Origin: an uncultured Candidatus Saccharibacteria bacterium
GTDB lineage: Bacteria; Patescibacteriota; Doudnabacteria; UBA920
DNA: 64,000 nucleotides
Reading direction: 5' to 3'
NCBI GenBank assembly: GCA_964416765.1
Contig: CAYQEU010000001.1
Location: 1,675-65,674 of the forward strand
The notes beneath the pieces are model-generated. The model searched no databases. It was not told where the DNA came from and saw only the letters and a list, made by a program, of their open reading frames with translations. How positions within the stretch are numbered: position 1 is the stretch's first letter; every line of letters begins with the position of its first letter. Positions 1-10,400 of this stretch are shown in pieces. The translations under genes and the position numbers were made by a program.

Positions 1-3000
1 GAAGTACTAACATTGGTAGCAGTGGCACCGGAGATATCTTATTAGGTGGTGGCAGCGGCTCTACCGGATGTACCGTGGTTAACTCTTCTGGAGCACTGGC
101 ATGTTCTGCTAGCGGCGACTTTGGTAATTACTTATCGGTTGCACAATCCGGAGCAACCACTACGGCCGGAGTGTTGCGAGTAACCACTTCTACTTCAACT
201 GATTTTGCCCCGGGTATTAAAAACCAGTACACAGAAACATCCACAGGATCACTTACCGGTGTGTATGGCATGCAAAACTTCTTGTCCTCATCCGCCACTG
301 TTACTGGAGCGAGCGTAGGACAGAATTTGTACGGCTTCTATAACAGCGTTTCCAAGAGCGGAGCTGATACCGCCACTGGCACTTACAATATTTATGGTAA
401 CTATAATGCCGTTGATAACACAGGTCGTACCAACGTTGGTACTGTTAACACTTACGCTGGATACTTCAATGCCTTTGGTGACACCGCCGGCACTTCCCAG
501 GCCATTGGTCTGTATGCCACGGCCAGCGGCGCTGACAATAACTATGCCGCTCTCTTTGACCAGGGTAGCGTTGGTATTGGCACACTTACTCCACGGCGCA
601 AGCTGGACGTGCTTGATGCCTCCAACCCCCAGCTTCGTTTAACCTACACCGACAACTCTGTTTATACAGACCTGCAAACGACCTCTTCCGGAAACCTATA
701 TATTAATCCAACGGGTGGCGGAGTCGGTATTGGCATAAGCTCACCAGGAGCGGTACTTGCCGTTGAAGATGGCACTTCTTCCGACCAATTTCGTATTGGC
801 GACCAAAGCGGTGGTAACTATTACAAAATCGGGCGCAATACCAGCACGGGCTTCTTAGATTTTACAGGTACTCAAAGCGGCTTCCGGGGTTATCTATTTA
901 ACAACCCAGACAACAATTTTTATGTGACTAATGCCACAGGAAGCAATAGGATTAAATCATCCACCGGCACAGCGGCTGCAGTAGCAGGTATTGAATTAAA
1001 TAACTCCTCTCGTGGTTACTCTTGGTATATCGATAACCGCGGGTCAATAGATAGCCCAAATGACCGTTTCGGGATCTTTAATAACGCAGGCACTGAAGTC
1101 ATCACAGCCCTAAGCGGCGGGAATATCGGTATCGGTACCAATAATCCAGGCAAGAAGCTCAGTGTAATTAAGGCCGACAACGCCACAGACGAAATTGCCC
1201 AGTTCTACGCTAATAACCTCACTCAAGGTATCGGCATAACCTACGCAACTATAAGTGCTATTGGCTCTAACACAGACCAAGGTATAAATATTGTCCCTAA
1301 GGGCGCTTTTGGAGTCGGCGTAGGAACCACCACAGTGGCTACCAATAACATGTTCTCCGTTAATGGTTCAGCCACTATTGGTGCCGGGTCATATAACGTA
1401 GCTGCTCCAACCAGCGGTTTGTTGGTCTCCGGCGGTGTCGGTATCGGCACTAACGGTCCTGACCGCAAGTTGGACGTACTTGATGCCTCCAGCCCACAAC
1501 TGCGCTTAACCACGACCGATGGTACGGTTTATGGAGATTTCCAGAATACTGCTAATGCCAATGCCATTCTTACAGGTAACACTTTAGCCTCCTCTTCTGC
1601 CATTCAATACGGTCTCCAGGTAGTTCCAACAGTCAACCAAACTTCTACGGCTGGTTATACTGCCCTGGACGTTAACGTCACTGAAACTGGGGTAACCAAC
1701 GGGCCAAACTTATTGGCTGACTTCCGCGTGGGTAACAGTGAAAAGCTGTCGGTACGCAACGATGGTTCCTTGACCTTGCATGGTAACTCCAACATTATCA
1801 CTCCTTTTGGTGGCTTCGGCAGCTTCTCTAACTACCTTGTCCGCAGCGAAGACTTTACCACTACATGGTCAGTATCAAGCGTAACTGCTCCTACGGCAGA
1901 TACTCAGGTTGCCCCTGACGGTAGCACTACCGCAGAAAGCCTTGCTACGAGCGGCTCCGGCGGTTCTGTTACCCAAGATACCTCAACTGCCATTTCCAGT
2001 ACCACTTACACCTTTAGCGTTTGGGCCCGGTCAGCCAGCGGCACCCAAAACTTTGGTTTGAGAATCGACGGCACCTCCTCCGGGACTGGTGCAGAAAAGA
2101 CTTATACTGCCACAACAAGCTGGCAAAGGTTCTACGTTACCCAGGCGGTCGGCAGCTTTACCGGAAACGTTCGGGTAAAGATCTTCCCTGGCACCTCTTC
2201 GGGTACCGGCACCATTTATGCTTGGGGCGCTCAGTTAGACAACGCATCAGTTCCTTCCCAGTATGCTAAGACCACTACGGCCGCGATTAATAACCCAAGC
2301 AACAGGGGATTGCTGGTTAACACCAACCTTACCAATACTGTTTCCAGCGGCTTCCTTTACGGTGAACGCCACATTAGCACCATTAACTCCACTACCGCCG
2401 GCACTCACGTTGGCCAGTTCATCCGAACTATAGACAATACTTCACTGGATTCGGGCCAGGTCGTGCGTGCCCTTGAAGTTCAGGCGTTCTCCGGAAGCAA
2501 CGTCAACGGCACAAATACAGGTATTGCAACCTTTGGCTACACGTTTGGTATCCAGGCCACTACTACCGCCCAAGCGGCTTCCCAAGCCGCCCCGGCAGCC
2601 ATCTTCGCTGACCTTGATAACGGTACTGACTCTACTACTAAGGCCCGTGGTAATGCCATCCGCGCTTACACCAACGATGCCACTTCGGCCACCCTGGTCC
2701 AGTTCTACCAAGAAACCTCGGCCTACACAGGCACTGGTTTACAAATGGATTTCGGCAACAACTCCGGCTCCTTCAACGGCAATTACGCGGACTTCCTCTA
2801 CCAGGGATCCAGTAAGTTCCAGATTGCCTACAGCAGTTCCACCGGCAAGCTTACTCAAACCTACGGAGCCACTGGCAGCATCATTGACTACGCCAGCGCC
2901 ACTAACGGCAACACCTTTGTCGCCAAGATCCCGCAGAAGGCAACTAGTGGTACTTGTGCATCCGCTGCAGCTGAAGGGTTCATTTACCAGAATTCCGGAG

Positions 3001-4370
3001 GTACTCAGGTTGGACACATTTGTATTGATGGCCCGTCCTCCGGCACTCCAAACAAGCTCCGCTTCTACGCCGAACAGTTCAACGCCACCTCCACTGACGT
3101 TGCAGAAAACTATTCCGATGCCACTAATTCCCTACAGCCAGGCGACTTGGTAATGCTCGACGCTTCTACTAAATATGGCGTAACTAAGGCAAATATTGGC
3201 ACCGGAAACCCGGTAATCGGTGTGGTCTCCACCTCACCTGGTATTGTCCTGACCGGTATTAGCGAGTCTGACCACAGCAGCGAATTGGTCAATCCAAAAC
3301 CAATTGCTCTGTCCGGGCGTGTCCCAGTTAAGGTATCCAATGAGAACGGCGCCATTAAGACCGGTGACTTCCTGACTGCTTCCTCAACTCCGGGTGTTGC
3401 CATGAAGGCAACCAAAGCCGGCCCCGTTATTGGCCAAGCCCTGGCAGACTTCAACGGTACTACCGGCACCATTGTGGTGTTCATTAAGGCCACTAACTAC
3501 AACGGCGCTGATATTCAGAATGAAATGCCAGGCCTGACCTTCCGCTATGCTGACCCAGTCCAGGCTGCCAACACTTCCTACGATATCCTCGGCCACCTCA
3601 TGGCCCAGCTACCGAACCTCAACCCAAATAACCTGTCCCAGGTTCATACCGATGTGGTTGTCGCGCGGGCTGAAGTAATCACCCCGACTGTTACCACCCA
3701 CACGCTGCGTACCGATTTGTTGTCCGCCGCGACTGCCCAAGGGGGATTGTCGGTCGCGTCGACAACCGTGTTCAACGGCGGGTTGAAGGTGGACTCAATT
3801 GGCTCCATCGGAACGATGCTGTCCATCCAGAGCGATGTCGAATTCTTTGGTATCCCGTACTTCACCAGCGATACCGCCGGGTTCGCCCTCATTAAGAGTG
3901 GAGTTCAAAGTGTGGACGTGGAATTTACCCACCCCTATGTGGCCCAGCCGATCATCAACGCGACTATCAGTTTCGAACAGGACATCAACCCTGACCTGAT
4001 CAATGACCCGAATGCCCAAGAGTCACTGAAGAACGCTGCCATAACTGATACCCAGGCATTCCTGCAGGCGGGGATTAGCTACGCCATTACCAACAAGAGC
4101 GCGCGTGGGTTTACGATTGTCCTCAATAAGCCAGCCCCAAGTGACATTAAGTTCAGCTGGATTTCCTTAGCCGTTCGGAACGCCATTACCTTCACTTCCA
4201 AAGATGCGCCCCAGCAAAGCCAGGCTACTCCTCCGGCTGACGGCCAGGCAGGTGGCGACACTACTACTCCGCCGGCAGGGGATGGCAGCGTTAGCGGTTC
4301 AGACCAGGGAGCAGACAGCACCACACCGCCTACCTCATCTTCTGATAATGGCAATGACTCCTCATCATAA
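1..4370 (+). CDS. Giant surface/fibre-like protein, 5'-truncated by the window. Contains GVGIGT-P repeats, a CBM-like module and a C-terminal intramolecular-chaperone/autoproteolytic (peptidase G2/S74-like) domain
   Basis: Frame is open from base 3 (STNIGSSGTG...) into the 1431-aa ORF. Repeats GxVGIGTxxPxxKLDV. Motif DVAENY...PGDLV...VIGVVSTSPG...ALSGRVPVKVSNENGAIKTGDFLT...PGVAMKA. Confidence 0.8.
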   Translation, partial: STNIGSSGTGDILLGGGSGSTGCTVVNSSGALACSASGDFGNYLSVAQSGATTTAGVLRVTTSTSTDFAPGIKNQYTETSTGSLTGVYGMQNFLSSSATVTGASVGQNLYGFYNSVSKSGADTATGTYNIYGNYNAVDNTGRTNVGTVNTYAGYFNAFGDTAGTSQAIGLYATASGADNNYAALFDQGSVGIGTLTPRRKLDVLDASNPQLRLTYTDNSVYTDLQTTSSGNLYINPTGGGVGIGISSPGAVLAVEDGTSSDQFRIGDQSGGNYYKIGRNTSTGFLDFTGTQSGFRGYLFNNPDNNFYVTNATGSNRIKSSTGTAAAVAGIELNNSSRGYSWYIDNRGSIDSPNDRFGIFNNAGTEVITALSGGNIGIGTNNPGKKLSVIKADNATDEIAQFYANNLTQGIGITYATISAIGSNTDQGINIVPKGAFGVGVGTTTVATNNMFSVNGSATIGAGSYNVAAPTSGLLVSGGVGIGTNGPDRKLDVLDASSPQLRLTTTDGTVYGDFQNTANANAILTGNTLASSSAIQYGLQVVPTVNQTSTAGYTALDVNVTETGVTNGPNLLADFRVGNSEKLSVRNDGSLTLHGNSNIITPFGGFGSFSNYLVRSEDFTTTWSVSSVTAPTADTQVAPDGSTTAESLATSGSGGSVTQDTSTAISSTTYTFSVWARSASGTQNFGLRIDGTSSGTGAEKTYTATTSWQRFYVTQAVGSFTGNVRVKIFPGTSSGTGTIYAWGAQLDNASVPSQYAKTTTAAINNPSNRGLLVNTNLTNTVSSGFLYGERHISTINSTTAGTHVGQFIRTIDNTSLDSGQVVRALEVQAFSGSNVNGTNTGIATFGYTFGIQATTTAQAASQAAPAAIFADLDNGTDSTTKARGNAIRAYTNDATSATLVQFYQETSAYTGTGLQMDFGNNSGSFNGNYADFLYQGSSKFQIAYSSSTGKLTQTYGATGSIIDYASATNGNTFVAKIPQKATSGTCASAAAEGFIYQNSGGTQVGHICIDGPSSGTPNKLRFYAEQFNATSTDVAENYSDATNSLQPGDLVMLDASTKYGVTKANIGTGNPVIGVVSTSPGIVLTGISESDHSSELVNPKPIALSGRVPVKVSNENGAIKTGDFLTASSTPGVAMKATKAGPVIGQALADFNGTTGTIVVFIKATNYNGADIQNEMPGLTFRYADPVQAANTSYDILGHLMAQLPNLNPNNLSQVHTDVVVARAEVITPTVTTHTLRTDLLSAATAQGGLSVASTTVFNGGLKVDSIGSIGTMLSIQSDVEFFGIPYFTSDTAGFALIKSGVQSVDVEFTHPYVAQPIINATISFEQDINPDLINDPNAQESLKNAAITDTQAFLQAGISYAITNKSARGFTIVLNKPAPSDIKFSWISLAVRNAITFTSKDAPQQSQATPPADGQAGGDTTTPPAGDGSVSGSDQGADSTTPPTSSSDNGNDSSS

Positions 4371-4404
4371 CTTTTATTAACTTAACAAAAGTTAACAAAA
4401 TGAC

Positions 4405-4433
4405 TTGCAAAAATTTTCCAATTGTGCTATAAT
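4405..4433 (+). promoter_or_regulatory. Sigma70 promoter of the second giant gene
   Basis: TTGCAA-N17-TATAAT with extended TG, 55 nt upstream of ATG 4489. Confidence 0.7.
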
Positions 4434-4488
4434 ATAAGTAATAAAGTGCTTGTTAGCCAAAATAGCTAACATCTGAAACAAAAAACAA

Positions 4489-7400
4489 ATGAATATCAGC
4501 ATAGGAAAAGTCAGGCCAGGCTTTGGTACCAGAAAAACCTTCACTTTAGTGGGCGTTTTTCTGTTTTGTGCTTTGCTGGTATTCAATGGTTTTTTCCCCT
4601 CCAGCGGTGGAATTAAAAAAGCTCATGCGGCCCCGGTAACGATCACATTTTACTCGGATGATTACTGGCAGGTTCCTGCCGGTGTGACTTCCGTAACTAT
4701 TGATGCATGGGGCGGCGGCGGCGGCGGTAATTCCATCGGCCAAGGCGGTTACGGCGGAGGCGGCGGCGGTTACGCGCATGGTACTGTTAGCGTTACCCCT
4801 GGAAATTACTATGACATTATAGTCGGCCAAGGAGGGGTGGCGGGAGAAAAAAATGGCGGCGCGGGCGGCCCCACATATTTTGGTGGTGGTGACGTGGGTG
4901 CTACTGGCGGCGATGGCGGCCAGAGTGGTATTGGACCCGGAGTGGGGGGCAATATTTTTGCCGGTGATTTTGGGTACTCAGGCGGCCAAGGCGGTTACGG
5001 CGACCAATTCTTTTCCTTGTTAGGCGGCGGCGGTGGCGGTGGTGCTGGATCTTCCGGCGCCGGCAGTACCGGTGACGATGGTATAAATGGAGGTGCTGGA
5101 GGCGCCGGCGGCCCGTCTGAAGGCGGCCAAGGCGGTCACGGCGGCGACAGCAGAAGTGATGGCGAGCCGGGCTACAGCATAGGCGGGGGCGGTGGCGGTA
5201 GCGGAGATGGCTCCTTCCCGGGAGATGGGGCAGCTGGTCAACTTTGGGTTACCTATATTCCTCCTTTAATTTGTACTTCAATCACAAGCGGCTCTGGCAA
5301 CTGGAATAGCGCCAGCACTTGGACCAATTGTGGCGGCGGCACACCCGGCTCTAATGACACCGCGGTTATTGAGGGCACCGCGCAAATCACGGTCACTGCC
5401 AGCACCACGGTAAATAACTTACAGTTTGGTGACAATTCGACACCCGCGACAAACGCGGTGCTTAAAGTTAATAGTGGCCAAACTTTAACAGTTTCCAACA
5501 CCACTACAGTTTTCAGTGCCTCTAACAATAATGTCCAAGCCACCATCCAGGATGGTACCGGTAGCGGGACGGTATCCGGTGTTTATTTGGATATAGGATC
5601 ACCCGTAATTCCTGGTACAGGATCCCACGAAACTAAATTGATATCTTCAATTTCCAATTTTTCTCTGGCGGGAAGCACAACCATGCATGGGTATTCCGGT
5701 GTTTCAAGAGACAACGACCCAACTCTGGAAATACCTTCTGGTACTATGACGACTACCAGCCTAACTACAACTTTATCTGCTTCGTGGGTGACTGCTACTA
5801 TTTCAATGAACACGGGTGCCCAGACGGGAACCCTTAAACTGACCAGTAACCCCGCATGGTCCATAAGCGGTACAGGTACCACCAATCTGAACTTAGCAGG
5901 GACGGGCAACACGGTGGAGTATTCGGGCACAAATGCTTCCATACTCAACACGACTTACAAGAACCTCAAAGTAAGCGGTGCCCTGGGTACGACGGCACAG
6001 ACCGCTACTGTTGCAGGAGCCTTCACTGTTACGGGCAGCGGTAGCATGTCTCCAAGCTCGGGAACCATGACGTTTAACAACGGGGCTTCAATAAATAATT
6101 CCGGTACCCTTAATTTCTATAATCTATCAACTTCGGTATTTTCTTCCGTTAGCTCGAGCGGTAGCTTCGGGGTAGCTTCAGGCGGCACGTTTACCATTGG
6201 GGGAGCGAGCACGTTTACCCCGGCAGCAGGCGATGTTATTACCGGTACCTCTGCTACTATTACCGGAAGCGGCACGGCCAAGGTCACCCGTACCGCGGCG
6301 ACCGCTGATTTTAATACTCAATACAATTTTGGCACTAAGACCCTGACTAACTTAACCGTGGACTACGCGGGCAGCGGGCAATCGTTGAGCAATCTCACAT
6401 ACGGTGGACTAAAAGTGAGCGGATCCATTACGGGCGCCACCGCTACTGCAACTGTGGGCACTAACTTTAATGTTACGGGCACCTTCACGCCCAGCGCCGG
6501 CACGATTACCATGAGCGGCACGAGTTCCATTACGAATTCAGGCACACTTACGTTCATTAACTTAATCATCAATACTTTGGCGTCAGTGACCGGCAACACT
6601 AGCTTTGGTGTTTCAGGCACCTTTACGGAAAATTCTGGGGCCAGTTTCGCCGCGGCTTCAGGCACGCAAACATTTAACAACGGTTCGAGCATAGTAAAAA
6701 ACAGCACCCAGCTGCTTCAGTTTAATAATCTAACGGTGGCGGCATCTGGCACCATAACCGCTAACGTGGACATGAGCATTAATAGCGCCGTAACCGTACT
6801 TTCTTCCGGCACGTGGAATGCCACGGCGGGCACGGTTACCATGATGGATGGGTCATCAATTTCAAACGCGGGAACCCTGTCCTTCCAAAACCTGACCATA
6901 GGGGCAGGGGGGACAACTAATGTCACCGCCAACGCTAGCTACACTGTTAAGGGGGGTTGGACAATAAGTTCGAACGCTACGCTATCCTCCAGCTCCGGTA
7001 CAGTAACCTTAACCGCTTCTGGAACGCCTTTTGTCATGAGTGGCTCATTTTCCCCGTCAGGAACTAATACGGTTAAGTACGCGTCCAGCACGGGCGCTAC
7101 AGTGACCAGCAACATAAGTTACCAAAATCTCGACATTTCTCCCAGCAGCGGAACTCCGACTTTTTCGGTTGGCTTCTCCAATCTTAGCGTGGGGGGTGAT
7201 CTTACTCTAACAGGAACAGTCGCGACAACCTTCAATTTGAATAATATCGCATCTTACCTGGATGTTAACGGAAACGTGAGCATCAACTCTGGGAATACCT
7301 TGGTGGCTCCGCCGAGCTCCGCGATTTTCTATATTGGCGGGAATTATACCAATTCGGGGACATTGAACAACAATGTTGGAACCATTCAGTTTGACGCCGG

Positions 7401-10400
7401 TACTACCGGTAAAACCATAACTACCAATAACCAGTTTTTCAACAATTTAGTTTTCAATAACGCCTCGGGCGGTTGGACTTATACTCCAACCCTGTACATG
7501 TCCGGGACTTTGACTGTTACCGCTGGCACACTGTCCGGTACCGGTAACGTGGAGACCGATGGGGGCAACACCACGGGGAATGGAACAATCAACATAACTG
7601 GCGGAACCTTTTCGCAGTATGCCGGGGGCAGCTTTGGTGGCAATACCAACTGGACCTTTAATGACATCCAGTTCGGGGATGATATTTCCGAAATGCATGC
7701 CACCGGAACCGGAACCATAACAGCCCGCTCTATTAGCTCGCTTTATGAGTGGCACGCCGGCAGCAAGACTTGGATTATTACGGGTACCGGCACTCCGCTT
7801 ACCAACAACGGTACGTTTTTTGGTGAGAATAGCACATTCCAGTTTACAGGCAGCACTGTTACGGTACCGGTGTTCGCATATAATAACCTAACCTTGGGGG
7901 GGAGCGGGACTTACACCATGCCGGCCTCAACCCTTACGCTCACTGGAAACCTGACCGTGACCAACGGGGCGACGGTGACAAAGGGAGCAGGAACTGTAGT
8001 GTTCGGGGGATCCACGCCTCAGACCATAACTGACAACAGTGGTACCAAACAGGACTTAGGGGCTCTTCAAGTCTCCAACACTACGCAGCCGTGGTGCAAC
8101 ATTTCTTCCACAGTATGTAATTCTTCCTGGCTGAACCGACGCAAGATTACTTTTAATAACAGCGCTTCTTCCGCGAACCTTACCAACTTCCCGGTTTTGG
8201 TTCAGCTGACTTCCGCCAACATCGACTACAACAAGACCAAAGCCAACGGCGCGGACCTTCGTTTCGTTGATGCTGATGGCACTACAGCCTTGAGTTATCA
8301 GATTGAAACCTGGAATACATCGGGAACATCCAACATATGGGTGAGGGTACCTCAGGTTAATAACACCACGACCGACTATATCTACATGTACTATAACAAC
8401 ACTGGGGCGGTAGATAGCCAGGCGGCCACCAGTGTGTGGGACTCAAACTTCAAGGGAGTGTGGCATCTCCCGGATGGTGGTACTCTTTCCACTGCGGATT
8501 CCACGAGCAACGCTAATAACGGGACTAATCAGGGAAGTACCATTGCCGCTGCAGGCAAGATTGGTGGGGGAGCGAACTTCATCAATAGCGGCAGCGACCT
8601 CGCGATTTCCAATATCTCCGTTAGCGGGGTTGCTTATACCATCAGCACCTGGTTTAATACTCCTTTTGGTAATGCCGGCAGCTACACTACCTTAACCCGT
8701 GGCGCCGCTGGTGACCACCAGGTCTTAATAGACCCGAGTAATATTCTGGGGGTATTTGATTCCAGCACCGGTTTCTATAGCTCAGGGTTTAATGTCACGT
8801 CTCTTTCCAGCGGCTGGCATCACTTAACCGCGTCAGCTACCGGCAGTACTACAACTTTCTATATCGATGGGGTAAGTGTTGGTTCTTCCTTATTTAAATC
8901 CAATACCAACATTAGTTACTTGGGTAACTGTGGCGTGTGTTCTGGCCAACGGTGGGGTTTGGCTGACGAAATGCGCGTTTCCACCGGCATTGCCCGCGAT
9001 GCTAACTGGGCCAAGGCGGACTACCTTTCCGAAAGCAACCAGATGAATACTTTTGGAAGTGAAGAATCCTCCACTGCGGTCGGGGTTGCATTGGGTTCTT
9101 CCATTAAAGCTACATCGGTAACAGTGGATGCTACTCGAGTTCTCAGCGCCAACGGCTCTAATACCCTAACTCTGGTAGGAAACGGCGCATCGGTGTTCGT
9201 GGTAAATGGCACGTTTGTCCCTTCTACCGGCACGGTTGATTTTAGCTCAGCAAGCACAACAGGAACTACTGTACCGGGCACGACTTTTTATAACCTCACC
9301 TTAAACAAAGCTTCCAATAACTTTACCTCCGGCGGTTCCATGACCGTAGGCGGTACGTTGACCATTAGTGCCGGCACCTTTACCGCACCTTCAGGCACTC
9401 TGACATTGAACGGGGACTTAGTTAATAGTGGCACCTTTACTCACAACAGCGGCACGGTAGTATTCGCCCCGACCAATGCCTCACTAAGTTCCACAATTTC
9501 AGGTAGTTCAAACATCACATTTAACAATGTCAGTGATACAACTCCCGGTTCCAGCATAATTTTCAAAAATGGGAGTACGTTCATTTTCTCCGGCACCCTA
9601 ACCGCCACGGGCACGGCGCAAAACGCGGTTTGGTTGAAGAGCGCTTCCCCAGGATCACAATGGACCGTTACTTTTAGCTCGACCCCTAGCCTTACAAACG
9701 TATCCGTGCAAGACGGTGCTTGTAATGGCGGGTTAACTTTGGCGCAAAACCCTTCCCTGCATAATGAAGGACGCAATGGTTCCTGCTGGGGCTTTATAAT
9801 CTACACTGGCGGCGGCGGTGCTTCTGACGGTGGTTCTGGCAACACCGGCGGCGAATCCGGCGGCGGCGGCGGAAGCGGCGGCGGTACAACCATTTCATTT
9901 ACTTCAAGCGGCTCTTGGACCGCGCCTGAGGGCGTAACTTCTGTTATTGTGGAAGCCTGGGGCGGCGGGGCCGGTGCCGGCAGGGGTACTACCATAGGTG
10001 GTTCTGGCGGCGGCGGCGGAGCGTATTCTAAGAAAAATTCTATCAGTGTAACCGCAGGTACTACATACACCGTAACTGTTGGCACTGGCGGAGCAGGGTC
10101 CACGGGGGGCAATGCCCAGGCGGGCGGTGACTCCTGGTTCTCTACTTCCGGTACTATACTGGCTAAGGGAGGCACGGCTGGAGCAGATAATGGCGGAGCT
10201 GTTGGAACCGGGGGCGCGGCGGGAAGCGGTATTGGTGATGTTAAATTCTCTGGAGCCAACGGAGGGACGGGTTCCAGTATCATAGGCGGAGGCGGTGGTG
10301 GAGGAGGGGGAGCTGGAACCGGCACTAATGGTAATCCAGGGGACGATGGTGTTTCTGGCGGCGGCGGCGGCAAGGGCGGCGCACTAAATGGCGGCGCTGG

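Noticed and set aside
2467-3153. 228-aa alternative-frame ORF inside the first giant gene
   Set aside because: Low-complexity P/T/S/L composition is expected from a shifted reading of biased codons. No start signals.
1-4370. Prophage tail gene
   Set aside because: No terminase, capsid, portal or integrase nearby. The neighbours are cell-surface genes.
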